A stretch of DNA of 64,000 bases from Chlorokybus atmophyticus (GCA_009103225.1 RHPI01002503.1:1125076-1189075); one strand, 5' to 3'. Numbered from the stretch's first letter, positions 1 to 13,297 are shown. Made by a program: numbers and translations. The notes: generated by a model not told the origin, from the letters alone.

Positions 1-110
1 TCACAATGCCCAGCTCAGTTTGGCAGAGCATCAGGTCCAGAAATGGCAGTGTGGTGCTGGCGGCCATTCTAGTGAAAATGAGAATGTCACGTGGGTACAC
101 ACCTCCCCCC
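1..110 (-). mobile_element. Fragment of a degenerate Penelope-like (PLE) reverse transcriptase, running off the window edge
   Basis: Minus-strand frame reads GGVYPRDILIFTRMAASTTLPFLDLMLCQTELGIV (LPFLD at 35-49). This resembles the PLE RT 'G.YP..L ... (Y/F)LDL.I' segment and the equivalent part of the remnant near 57.2 kb. Confidence 0.45.
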
Positions 111-713
111 GGCACGTTGGGGGGTGGGTGGGTGGTTGGGTGGTTGGGCTCCCTGTATAGGGCATCCGCAAAACGTGCCAATCCCTGCCTGCCGCTAGTG
201 TAGTCTGATAAGCCTGTCTACATGTCCTGCTTTGCCCATAGCGCATGAAAACACCACTACTCTAGTCCAGTTGTGCTAGCACGTGTGGAGTTATTGTATA
301 TGGTTGCTTGCTAGTATATCTAGTGTGTTAGATCTGCTTGTGTTCACGGCCCCTCTACGTTACCATGAGCATGTCTGGAATAAATATATGCAGCATCTTG
401 CACTTACCCCAATCAGGCAGAGTGTGACATAGGTGCCTGTACGGAACTATGACTCCAAGGCCACTCAGTGGTGGTGACTGATGTGTTGCCATATGCAGTG
501 TACATACAACGCGACCTGTATATGTGTGCCGAGCAGCCAGGCACTAAGCTACTAACAACGCACAATGTGGCGACAATGCACTTGCTATAGAGTTGCTATA
601 CAGCGTGTTCGAACAACCACGTGCTCCCTATCCCTCTGCGACAATTGCTCGGCTAGAATGGGTGCTGACTAGAATAAAATACAAGCCCTATACATGCTAT
701 GCAGTGACAGCTG

Positions 714-3700
714 CTAGCCTTTTATTAGGCCTCGCAATTCGTACAGCATCTTGACGGCAGACCTGGATTTGGGGCCTTCCCAGACGACCTACAAGCAAAC
801 AGAGCGTTGTCATAAAGTTGACATGAGCAATACCTCAAGACAGGCACAAACAGTTATACATGCAATTGCATATCCCGCAGGCCTAAGCAACAAGCACCCA
901 GCACTTGCCTTGCCACATTGGCCGCACACCCAAAACTCATGTACTTTCTCCCTCACGTGCGCAGGCACGAGGTGAGCGATAGACGCAGGCTCGCATCGCT
1001 CAAACAAGGCGGCATTGCAGCTAGCACAGCGACTTAGCAATCGACCGTGCTCGAAGGTGATGCCGAAATGTGTCGCCACCTGGGCCAACTGCAGCACACC
1101 AGCTTATCAGCATGCATGGTGCAGTGTCATCATAAACTCTGGCAACCTGTGGCATCCTATACTGTAGGCACGAGGCAAGTATGTCGCTGTGCGTTATGAG
1201 CCAACACTTCGGCCAGAGAAGGCAGCCAAGGCATGCAAGCAGACAACAGCAGTATGAAGAGATATGGGATGCAGCAGCTAAACCCTATGACCTGCTGGCG
1301 AGGCTCGTCGTAGTCTACATAGAAGATGCTCGCAGCAGTTACGCTTGTGGCATCCGTGCGACAGTCTCGAAGCCGCCTCTCTCGAGTTAGAATGGTGCGT
1401 CGCTGCTCTATAGCTAGCTGAATTAATTGATTGCGGGGCAATGACCCAGCGAATTCCACGTCTACCTGCAACACAACAGACCAGTTGAGCCTCTACACAG
1501 CTGCTCCACTTGATGACATGCATAACCTTCTACCTCACCCAGCTAACATCTTGAAAACGAGGCAAGCTTAGCATACAAACCATGCGCACTCAATATTTCA
1601 AGTCTTGCTTGCATGCATCCAGTGCATGAAGACGCCAGCTAGCACGCACTAGACACACTAGTGCTAGGAATAGACACCTCACCTACAAAACAATGGATGT
1701 GTCGTACCCCAAGACAACGCAGCCAGCGACCCAGGCGTCCAACGCTGCTGTCTGCAATGAACCGCAAAGACGCACGCGATCCACCTGCCCCAGGATCAAG
1801 CATGCCCGCAGTCACTACACCGTACTGCCACGGGCTTACACAGGTAGACTTGAGCAAGTAAGCAACAGGACCCTCCCCCCCTATGCAACAACTTCAAGGC
1901 CAGCATTTGCTGCAGAGAATCCTGGCCTTGAAGTACAGGTTTTGTAAATTGGCACCGTCATACAGCCAACCAGCTGTAGACTGGCAGGCATGCTCTCATT
2001 TGATACACACTGGCAGCTTCAGCATACCTAACACGGATGTCGTTGACAAGGCTTGGCTTAGGGCAAACTCAGGAGCTGTTGAAGTTGATGCTTGATCCAA
2101 TCGTCCCCTATTGCTCCCTGTTTCTGCAGTGTCCAATGGCAAGGACACATCGGCCACGGTTGCCGCTGTCGCGCGTTGTAGATCTAGAGCGCAGCTCAAA
2201 GTCAATGCATGGGGCAGGGTTGACACGAAACAGTAAGTATTCCAGCCGATTGCAACGCATGATGAAACATGACCGAGAAGCATTGACTGGAGGCAATGTC
2301 ACTATGATGCACGCACAAGGAGTATTGCATGTTGAGGCAGTAGTATCATATGCTGGCCAATATGAGGCTAACACTGCTACACTCCTGACCTGGCAGTGGT
2401 ATGGACAGATGCACATCCGCTGCACCAGCTCCGCAGTAAACAAGTGCTTCACCAGTCTGTTGTGCAAGTTGGGTGTCGATAACAACGGACACCAGCTGCC
2501 TAAAGCCCACTGGTGGCACCGTTCCTGGTGCATAGCCAAAGAAGTGGACGCACTGCTCGGCTGAAGCCATCTTGACTGCCCTAAAACATGCGAGTAAGGC
2601 GCCAGCTCCCTTTTCACGACATCAAATGCTCACAACATGACATCCGACTGTACCTGCGAGGTCTACCGAACAAGGCTGCCACTTTGTGCAAGTCCATGCG
2701 TTGGTTGCCACCGAGTAAGACTGCCACTGGAGTGTCTGCTTGCCACCACAAAGACAGCATCAGCCCTCTGTCTGGCTGGCAAGCACTGCATGTAGTCACT
2801 CACCGTCGACCATGACACCAATTGTTTTGACGATGCGATGAACAGGCACGTCCAACGCAACAGCTGCAGCAGCAGAGGACCCGTCCTCACACGGGATCTC
2901 AATGAAGTCTGCTGTGAACACATTGCGCTCCCGCAGGTACCTGGCGACACTGTCACGGGATAGCGGCAGCAAGGGCTCCTCGCGTGCAGCTGGCCGAATA
3001 CTCAAGTTGCGCTGATTGTCGTTTTCCTCCACATCCGGCGCTGCTGCTGCGTTGACTTTTATTCGCTGTCCAGGGGCATACGCAAACTGCCAAAGAAAGA
3101 TAACTGTGACAAGCACATAATCATAAGCACACCGGAGAGTACAGTACACACACGCCAGCTATTGCCTCCCAAGAGTAACTGCAGACATTCTGTCAAGCTA
3201 CACTACTGGCACCTGAAGTTTTTCCCAGTTAGCGCCCAGTGCTGCCACAGGCTGTCCATCGGCCGTTGGAAACGGCCCTTGTAGTGAAGGTTCTGGTGCG
3301 TGTAACCGTTCAAAGATCTCAAGCAAGCAGTATGCGTCCAGAGCTGCGTATGTACACTGCAAACCATGTTGTCACAACCCTCGCCATACAGCGTGGCCCC
3401 CGCTCGCCACCATAACACAAAGCTGTTGACTTGTGCATGGCAGGCACTTACTTGTGCCGGGGAAAGTGGGCGCCGTTCCCAGTCACTCAATCGCATCTTC
3501 TTATTAAGCGGGAGTCCACAGCATACCTGCCAGTGAACCAAAGTTTGTGTTAGCTGTGTGCGCGATTGAAACGTTGACATTAACATCAAACAGCCATCCC
3601 CAGCACTTGTGCTACAGATACCTGTGCAAGACCAGAAAGCCCGCGAACATTATGTTGCGGATATTGTGCAGACCAGAATGCGCGTAGGTCCAGCAGACCT

Positions 3701-6652
3701 TCAACTGTTTGAAAGCATCGCAGGCTCGCATACGATGACGCTAAGTGGCGCACATCTCCAGATAAAGCATAACCTGTGGAAGAACGGAGGCCAGCTGTCA
3801 TCAATTGATGACCACAATGCATGCAGCATTGGCAGCGCAATGGCCAACTCACGCACCAAGTTTGACGGGCTTAGGCTGGCAGAACACCGACTCCAGCACG
3901 CTATCCAACTCGGCTGAGTTCGACTTGTGCAATGCAATCATGTCAACCAGGAAAACAGTATCCGCAACTGCAAGCTGCAATATGGACACCTGGCGGCCAA
4001 TACCACACTTAGCTGTAAATCCGTCAAGTTCTGCAACACAACTTGACAACCAGCCCCACAATCTGGCAGAGAAGAAACACTCACAGGGTTATTCTCGTTT
4101 TTTGTATAACTTGGCTTCCACTCAGCGTCCACGCCAATGAACTCAGCAGCCCTCAGACGTTCACCCATGTTGCTAAGTTGCTCCGCAGTCTCAACAAACT
4201 GCAGCGCAGCATCTGGTAGAGACAGCTTCAAGTACGATACAGCCTCAATCTCTTCTAGATCTGCATGAACGGTAAAACTTTTGTAAGCGATACTGCAGCT
4301 GTGTGCGCAGAAAATAGTGCGATGCACTTGGCCTGCAGATATCTACGAGTGTCTTACCCAAATCCAGGTCTGCCGGGTCCAACCCGAAGCTTTCACATAG
4401 ATGCGCCGCAACAGCAGGTTCATCATACAGCATTGCAAGTCGAACCTATGATGACATGGATGGGTCAGCTACCGCAATGTAAGATGCACCTGTGTCGGTG
4501 TTCCTGCAATTATACCAGGTAGACTTTAAGCTCTGGTGCAGACTCGGCAACCAGCCCTTCCGAAACATCCCACTGGCGCTTGTCTGCCAGCCTTCGCAGT
4601 GTACTGCGCATACAATTCATCAGATGCAATCAATGCATGGCAGAGTGCATCGTTGCATTATTCCTAGTTCAACCATCACAACACCCGCACTCTCACAGCC
4701 ACCAACCCACCTTTGCCGATACAATACAAAAGCGTCTGGGAACTCCTCCATCATGTTAAAGGCTTCCACTATACGGTAAGCTGCTTTGTACAGCCCCGCA
4801 ACACGACATGTGTTTACAAGAGCGACCTTCTGTGCATGTGGCTGATCCCGCACATACAACTCTGCTAGTGGGTCTAATCCTTCCTGCCCACAATCATATG
4901 CAAGTGTTAACGAATCCACAGCTGCATTAAGCCATGGGACATGCTTGACTGCCATGTGAGTGATAAGACCTGCAAAGCCCTAACCATCCACTCGTGTTGA
5001 GTGAAAACAAGCACACCCTCAATCATGCAACCTGCATAACATCAACACCCACTACGGACACAACATTCGAGCGTTCATTGTGTTTAAGATGATGCGCACT
5101 GTTACAAACCTGTACAAGTAGGTTCAATATGTCTGGTGTCTGATACTCGGTCAACTCCAGTTGCTGGCAAAAGCCCACGGCAACAGGATACGCCCTCTGA
5201 GCAAACATGTCCTCAACATACTTCCGTACCTAATAATGGATAGCATATTAGCTGAGTATGTACTGAATCATGCACACAGGAGAAGAGCGCTTGACATGCA
5301 CAGAGAAGCTACAGTACCAGCGCTTCGGCAGGGTCCTGCTGTGCTGACTGTTGAGAAATCAAACAGATGGAGCACTGTAAAACCTCCACCTCGCTGGGAT
5401 TCTCGGCTGTACACCACCATGATGTACCTTGCGAGTAACACCTTTCCAAATCCACCATGTGCACCTCATATGTCTGCGCTAGTCTCAGCACAAGCCGCGA
5501 ATCAACTCTGTGACATCAACAGCAATGTCAACGTGCAGGCCACTATGAGATTGCATGGATTTGCGAAACAGACACAGCAACTGTGTGACTCATACCCTTT
5601 ACCTCACATCCTTCCGAATAACATGCAGTAACAGATGCGCTGCGCGGTCTCGGTCAGGGGCGTCTATGCGAGGGGCATGAGCCGTACGCATGAGGCGTGA
5701 AAGGGAGTCCAGCAACATGTGGCATGCTGGCATATACTGCGGGCCTGGCTGTCCCTGCAGCATGTTCCAAGTCACTCACACTAGCTGAGTTCACAACTCG
5801 CAACTGTGGTTGACGCATGCATGCACGCCAAGGTAAAGTTAACAACGTATATCACCAACATGCATGGTTTTCTTTCGCACCTGGCCAGCAGTGTGCACCA
5901 GCGCCTCAATGACAGCACGGGCTGGACCACCATATGCTTTGGGTAGCTCCTGCTGAAGCTGACCGCGAACCTGCATCAACCCAGGGAACTGGTTGGCGGC
6001 AAGATTGGCGAGGAACTTATTCCAAGCAATAACAATGCGAGCCAACAACAACACATCTGCATGCACTGTCAGATGAGTTCCTGCACGCAGCTATGAAACA
6101 GACGTCATCTATACAGGCTGTACTATACTGTTTGCATGCATGCAGAGGCAGCTTCGCCAGAAACAACCTTGCAACAGCGCATAACACTGTCCAGGACTGC
6201 AACAGTGCTGTACGCATGCAAGCCAACAACAACACATCTGCATGCGCTGTCATGTCAGGTGCTGCTTGCAGAGGTAACGGACGTCATCTGTACTGTACTG
6301 CATGCATGCATGCATGCGCAGAACTTCTGCAGGCACATAACTTGGAAGTGCGCAACACTGATGAATCTGTCAGGACAGCGCATGTCTCTCGAGCTGCAAC
6401 AGCCCTACTGTGCGAACTTTTACTAGCCCCCGTTCTGACTGGGCTTGCACATTCAAGTGCAATTAGCATCTCAACAATCATTCGTAAACTTGCAGCTTCA
6501 TCACACTCAGGAACGATGCTGCTTACCTCTTGGTAGCGTCCTCCAGAAGCAACAAGCAGGGCGATCAGTTCATTCACAACGGTAGAAGGTCCGCCTCCAT
6601 CCTCCCAGGGCGGCTGCTGCAGCGCCGCACGCAGCTCAGCAGAAAACCCCAT
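714..6652 (-). CDS. EXD3: EXD3/MUT-7/Nibbler-like protein: helical N-terminus, DEDDy 3'-5' exonuclease, YbaK/ProX-like domain, Mut7-C (PIN-like + Zn ribbon); multi-exon
   Basis: ATG 6652 (MGFSAELR). ExoI FIGVDAEWKP, ExoII GYALSGDV, ExoIII SDWERRPL..TYAALDA. YbaK motifs IVKTIG and GYAPGTVPPVG. Mut7-C motifs RFIADSSVGRLGRWLRCLG, RRTILTRE, RCASCN, FWVCGQCGK|VVWEG. Stop TAG at 714-716. Exon junctions checked around the exonuclease/YbaK region are in phase. Confidence 0.88.
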
Positions 6653-7126
6653 CACCGGCCAAGCCTTCCGCCTGCGCCACCGCCGCTTCCGCCGCCACCG
6701 CCGCGGCATGCCACGTGGCAACATGCACCGAACTCACCCTGAGGTATGACCTAGCCCTAAAAACGCACTCAGCTTGTGCGCTCCAATGCGCAGCGCACAA
6801 GAACACCCCGGGAAGGAAAACGGTTTCCCCGCGCTTATGGTTCAAACAAGCCTGCCATTTCAAACACTTCCCGCGGTTGATTGCGACGTGGATATCTGCG
6901 TATTGGAGCGGCACATTTGAATTTTGTCCGCTGCACGCAGGCATCCTCTAGGAGAGTTGATGTCGCTGCTGCTTTCGCGGGGATTTGCAGGTGCATTTAA
7001 GGCTTTCAAACGTGCTGCGGCGGTCGGCTTTGAGTGTGTAGGCAGAGAAGGTTGTGTGCTTCGCGCTGCGGCGGTCGTTGGCGCCATCAACGTCGTCGTT
7101 GCCTGCCGCAGCAGACTCTGTCCTCC

Positions 7127-9410
7127 ATGTCGACCATGCCCGCAGTCATGTCGCCGCCGCAGCAGGAGCTCCAGGTAAGCGCTACTTGCTATCACTCGCT
7201 TGAGCGATTCAGCGCATACATGGTATAGCTGTTAGCACTCTCAGCTTACATCAAGCGTGCTTGCTTGCAGGAGGGCGCTCTTGTCTGTCTCATTGGCAAG
7301 GAGAGCGGCGCTCCACTTGCAGCTGTCAAGGTAGGCAATGTATGCCATCATCATGCTAAACTGATTATGGGTGCACACCACACTGTTGCTGAGCCTTGGC
7401 TGCTCCTCTCCTGTGATCAGGTTGGCAAGGAGTGGCAGCTTCATGAGCTGGAGAGCTTCCCAGCCCCATCAGCTGATGCTGCAGAGACAGCTGTCTTCGC
7501 TGCTCTCCCAGCCATGTGCACTTTCACTCTCATGAGAAAGGGTCGCGACGGGTACGGTTTCCGCTCGCCCGTTGCTGAAGGCAGGGTTTTGCAGGTAAAC
7601 CAACAGTAGCAGCTTAGATGCATGCACTCGCATGCAGGTGTGTCTTTTTACTGTACAAATCAGTGTGCTGATGATGCATGTGTTACTCAGGCTGTTGCAG
7701 ACCGCAGCGTGCCGCATCGCATAACCAACTACAATTTCGGTGCGTGGGAGACTTGGCAGCTGCGCACGGATGACACTGGGGCGCATGTTGGCTTCGTCAA
7801 CTGCGCTTTCCACCATAAGGTAAGCGTTAAGGATCAGCTTTGCTTGATGTTTCTGTCAAGTGGGAGAACGGCTTGTGACCATTGCATGTACGTGTGCACA
7901 CTCTAGGTGCTGGATGTTGACGTCAAGCCTCTGAGCGCCATTATCACGGCGGAGTTGTCCAAGGCGCAACGACGAGTTCAGCGCGAACGCGAAGCGCGCA
8001 ATGCTGTGTTGCAGCATGCTGAAGCTCGTGCAACCACCGCTGAACGCAAGGCGAGCATTATGTGCACATGCATCCCGCTGCAGTACTCTCAGCTTGTTGC
8101 TTGTTATGTGCGCTGACGGCTTTGTGTCTCTCGCCAGAGCAAAGAAGTGGCCGTAGCGTATGCGCACAGCAGAACCGAACTCAAGCGTGCTGTGGCAGTT
8201 GCCGAGGCAGCGCGCGAACGCATTGTGCAGCTGTTGCAGGAAAAGATTGCCGAGAACTGCTCACTGCAGAAGACACTGAAGGTGAGCTGTGAGGAAATTG
8301 CCCATACCATTGAAGCTCAGTTACTGAAGTCATTTGCTGAGTCTTGCCCTGCACTGTATAGGATGTTCAGGAGCGCGAGCAGCAGACGCGGCAATGGCAA
8401 CACCGAGTGGAAATGCTTGAGGCAGAGCTGAAGCTAGCAGATGAGCGCATGAAGGCAGAGCTTAAGGTTCGTGCAGCAGAGCAGCTATGGATGATCAGGT
8501 TGGATGGCATGCAACCTTGCTAGGTTTTTCTGACATATATGTGCACCTGTGCTGCAGAGGGTCCAGAAGCAAAAGGATAGCGAGATTGAGAAGTTGGAAG
8601 CAGACCGCCGAGAGCTGGCGGAAGGGCTCGCAGCCATCGTGCAGGAGGTTCAGGCGAGCAACCTGTTGCATGCAAGTTGCACAGCTCAAACATGTTTTAA
8701 GCTAGCCCTGAGCCTGACCCAATCTGCGTACATATTCAGGTTCAACAGGAGCGCACGTACATTGCAGCCGCGGAGTCCGGGGTGGAGTTCACACCGGAGG
8801 CAAAGCGAGGCAGCAACGCAACCAGCATTCGCGTTGTTAAGCCACGTAATCAGGTACTGTGCAGGTTCATCATCTTGGTCTAGACAAACTGAACTATGCA
8901 ATCATGTGGTGACATTGCCTCGCACTCAGGCGGTTGCTACGAAGGTCCATGTGTTGGAGGACTTTCAGGAAACACCTGCACGCTCGACACATTCAGCCAT
9001 GTCGGGCATCACGCACGATGAGAATGTAGATCCCAGATCGTCTGCCGGCAGTCGCAGCGATGCGAGCTTTCCCGCATCGTTTTCATTTAAGAACTCTGCG
9101 CGCATTTCAAGTGAACAGACCGCAGCTCTGCAGGTACGTAGTCGACACATGTACCATACTGTCTGCATGTTGTATCAGTCCTGTTAAACGTGCAAATAAT
9201 GCTATTCTGTTCTGCTAGAAATTGAGCCAGAGCACACAGGAGGCTGGAGGCTGGTCAGTCAACCGCAACACGGTGAAGCAGTTGCGGCACAGTGAACAGA
9301 GCAGCAAGCTTAGATCGCCACTTGTGGACATATGCGTGCAATGCTGGGAGCCTCAGCAAGAGGGATGCGAGTGCGTCACTGTGGCGCCCTCTACCGTATC
9401 TGCCCGATGA
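7127..9410 (+). CDS. Uncharacterised multi-exon protein: globular beta-rich N-terminus, long coiled coil, low-complexity C-terminus
   Basis: ATG 7127 (MSTMPAVMSPPQQELQ|gtaagc). Successive exons have canonical splice sites. Coiled-coil segments include LSKAQRRVQREREARNA and QKQKDSEIEKLEADRRELAE. Last exon inferred to end at TGA 9410. Divergent from the EXD3-like gene (about 475 bp apart). Confidence 0.65.
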
Positions 9411-10495
9411 GAAAGCGATGACAGAGGCAGGAGTGGATGTTATCCTGCCCGTACCAACCCTGTACAGGTTGCAGTTTTGCACCCGTTCTGGCTGCTTGCA
9501 TTACTAGTTACTGCAGCCTGTAGTAGAACAGTGTCTAGCAACAATACGACTGGAGTGAGCATGTACGTTAATAATGATGGTGGTGGCTTGCATGCTGCGA
9601 ATGGTGAATGCGCTGTACCAAAGCTAGCCTGGCTGTGTAGCAACCTGTGATTCATTGCACACACTTCAGCATGCATTGCTCCTGGAAGTGCCTGAGCGCT
9701 CACGCGATACAATGCTGTGCCTGTCGATGATGGTCGATTGGAAACGGCCTAGTTAGCCCTGGTACCTTGGGTACATGGCTTGAGTGAAGTGATGGAACCT
9801 GTCCAACGCCTTTGCCTGCACTTGTGGCGACTCAGACCATACGGTGCTCGTGCACCACCTTCCATGCATCTCACGAAATGGTCAGAAGTAACCGCGTGCT
9901 GCATTCTTAGTTGTGCATTGCAACTAGCGCACTGCTTGTTGAGTCTTGGAACTATGTGCTGGTAAAACGTTCAATTCTCACAACCCCAAATTGCCTGTGA
10001 AGCCACACTCCGGCATCACACTGCACTCTAGTGATGTACCCCCGTCCTACATCCCTTCAGCAGTGTAATCAAAGTGAACAATACTTGTGCGTGGCTGTTG
10101 TTAGCTACTGTCTGCAAACCCCATGCAAGCTGACTACGCAACATGCAACCCGCTGTCTGCAAGTCCAGCTTAAAATAAAAACGTCCCATACACCGCCAGA
10201 ACCATGCATGTGCTTGACCACGAGCAGTCGACAATCCGCGTAATGCTGCCAAGCCCTACAACAAGCTGCTATCAACAACTGGACCATAATTCAGTGTGTG
10301 TATTCTCAAGTTGCACTGTACTGCCATATGAAGCCGCCACACCAGCAGGACACTGCTGCTCTACTACGACACAGTGCACAAAGTTAACAACTGCACAAAA
10401 TCGCAGTGTGCACTTAGGCATGTGTCATCCAACCTGCGTGCTGACTCTACCGTTGCACTGCGCATGCAGGCATCCGTCACCAGCCAGGGAGAAGT

Positions 10496-12321
10496 TTAAA
10501 CGGGGACAGCCACCTCCTTGGCCGCCAACCGCTCGTAGGTTTGGCGGATCTTCAACGCAACGAGTGTCTGGAAAAGACCAGTGCCGTTGTTTGAGCCGGG
10601 GTAGTCCTGGTGCCTCAGCATCTGCTGGGTAACCTCGCCATAAAACTTGGTTGACGTGTTGCTCAGGTGGCTCTCGACGTAGATGAGCTCTTCAAGCTTA
10701 TCAAAGCTGCCGTCCATCTCAATCACGGACACCTGTTGAACAAGATGACAATGTGGGTCTCATGCTCTTGCGATCTCTTGATGTGCTCAACTACACTAAC
10801 AAAATGTGTAAGTCGCCAACAACCAAAGAAACAATCACCAACCTCGTTGCCATAGTAGGTGTCGGGGCCATAGAAGAACTTAATGCCGGGGTATGAGCAG
10901 GTGAGCTTGCGGCCACAAGGAATCCAGGAGATGGTCGAGCCCTCATCGAACAGGTACACGGGGTCCAGGCCGGTGATGCCCTCTTTCTGGATCATGCGCA
11001 CGCGCAGCACCTTGCCGCTGTTGTCGTCGGGGATGAGCTGCGTGGGCAGCACCTGGATCACAATGTCTGCCATCTCCTTCTGGGGGTCAATGTAGGCATC
11101 GAAGTCAGGTTTCCTGGCGGCGATGGAGGCCTTAATGCTCTCAAGGCTGTGGCCACGCTCCGCCATGTCACGCTGCACATAGGCAACACAACAGTGACTA
11201 ATGTCAGCTATGTAAGCAAGCAATGACCAATGCTCCGCCACAAAATACCCAAGCACAATTGGAACGCTTCTTGCATTGACTTGTGCTCACATCTCACAGC
11301 AAGTGCAGAACAGTGTAGAACACTTTGCAACAGCGTCTCAAACGTTGACAATACATGCATTGCCTTCATGCTAACCTGGATCTTCCATGCGAACTTCACT
11401 TCATCGCTGATATCCAAGTAGCAGCTGAAGTCAACAAGGCTGCGCACGCGCTCATCGTATAGCGGGTGGAGACCCTCAATGACAAGGATCTTGGGGGACT
11501 TGATCTCTTCCGGAGGATCAAGCAGGCCTGAAAACATCCATGCACATCGCTTAACTTGACCAATGACACAATGCATGCTCACTCATGCAGCTGACTAACA
11601 ACCCAACTGACCTGTGACGTGGTTGTAGATGGGCTTCATGACGCTCTTGCCCTCCTTGAGAGCCTTGACCTGCTCGTACATGAGGTCGAACTTCTGTGCG
11701 CGCGGGTGCAGGGCAGTAACATTCTCCTTCTTGCGGCCATTGCGATCAAGGCTGCAACACAATGCAAGAAACTCTCAATGCCACAGTATCCTATAATACA
11801 GCATGCTGACACTTGCCATTGCCACCCAGTGCATGCGAATGTGACGTGTATAGGCACTGATCTGTTTTTGCAGCAGCTTCAGCATTGCAAGAAATTGGCT
11901 GATGGTGACGCTGTGGTAACATTTCAGCAATGCCAGTACTCATACTCAGGATGTACCTGTGGTAGTCATCCAGGCAGATGACGGTGGTCATGTCGGAAAT
12001 GAGTGTGTTGGAGTCAGGGTTTCCGCCCTTGGGAGGCTTGGCATTGCCGCCGAAGACGTTGGTCATGCGGCGCATGAAGGTGGACTTGCCGCAGCCGCTG
12101 TCGGCGGCGAGGCCGATCACGATGGTCTGGGAGCCGTCGGCGGCGGAGATAGTGACCAGGCGGTAGGCGCCATTTCTGTTGCGCTGGCGGCGAGGGGCGG
12201 CGGCGACTACCTGGCCGTTGCCCATGAACCCACCCCGCTTGGACAGCTGCTGGCCCACGGGCACCTTGGGCTCCATGCGCAGCACGCCATTGCCGCTCAC
12301 TGCAGCCGCCGCAGCCGCCAT
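10496..12321 (-). CDS. PRK: Phosphoribulokinase, chloroplast precursor; multi-exon
   Basis: Transit-peptide-like start MAAAAAAVSGNG at 12321. P-loop IVIGLAADSGCGKSTFMRR, ICLDDYH, ILVIEGLHP, DMAERGHSLESIKASIAARKPDFDAYIDPQK, MLRHQDYPGSNNGTGLFQT. Stop at 10496-10498. Confidence 0.98.
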
Positions 12322-13297
12322 GATGCCCGACTCCGCAAGAACCCACCCGCCTCCTCCGGCCCCTACCTCTCTCCCGTCCTCCTCCTCCTCCTCCTTGTCC
12401 TCCTCCTCGTCGTTCGCCGCCGCTCCACACCAGCCTGGCGTTACGGTGCAAGCTGGCCAGTGGATAAGCCCCACTGCGAGGACTGCCCGACGACTCCCAG
12501 GCAAACCCTCTCAGTCACCAACTTGACTGTGCTTTGCTCATTGGCCTTGTTATCAACCGGGGCAGTACCCCGAGCACCAACATGTCCTCAGTTAGGGATC
12601 TCATTCACTCTGGATCAGAACCACGATTTGACCGGTGAACGACGGTTAAGGGCGGGGAGATAGAGTCATGTGAAACAAGTTGCGGGATGCGGCGTCAGTA
12701 GCTTTGAGATAACTCCAGATGGTAATGGAACGGTGCTCGGTTAGCAGGAGTGCGCGATCGCGGTTGGTGTCCTGACCTGACCGAGGAGTTTATGCTAACT
12801 GGTCGTTGGGTGCCTGCTGCCGCTACCAATGCGCGGTGGGGAAGACGTGGTGCGAAAGCCACCGGCTGAGTTGGCACAACAAGGGGGTGAGAGCAGACGT
12901 GCTGGCAGAGCTGCTCGCCCGCATCTTCCGCACAAGGCGCACCTGATGAGGTTTTCTGTGCTCATCACCCCAAACGATGGGGTTGCATACAAGTAATGCA
13001 GCTTGCATTGGCTCATTTGCTTGTAAACATGCAAGTGGAGCATTATAAATATTAATTCACATCAAAGGAGGTTACCTTGTTTGCCACTAGTATTTGACAT
13101 GGCGTGATCATTATCATCATCGTGTACTCTGCAAGCAAATCTCGCAGAGTACACGCCAATAACATCACTTATCGTGCGATGTAATTACACTATAAGCAAC
13201 AACATTACTTATTATATTTCGTTGAATACGCCCCTTCCATCATGACATCAGTAAGGTGTTATTTTGAGAGTGAAAAATGATTGTGAAAGTTGAAATG

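Noticed and set aside
12322-12504. 61-aa acidic N-terminal extension of the PRK ORF
   Set aside because: It arises from GAG/GGA repeats in the probable 5'UTR. The transit peptide starting at 12321 has to be N-terminal for plastid import.
12840-12990. Possible hammerhead ribozyme (CTGATGA at about 12944 and GCGAAAGC at about 12851)
   Set aside because: Stems II and III and the NUH cleavage triplet cannot be built in any permutation I tried.
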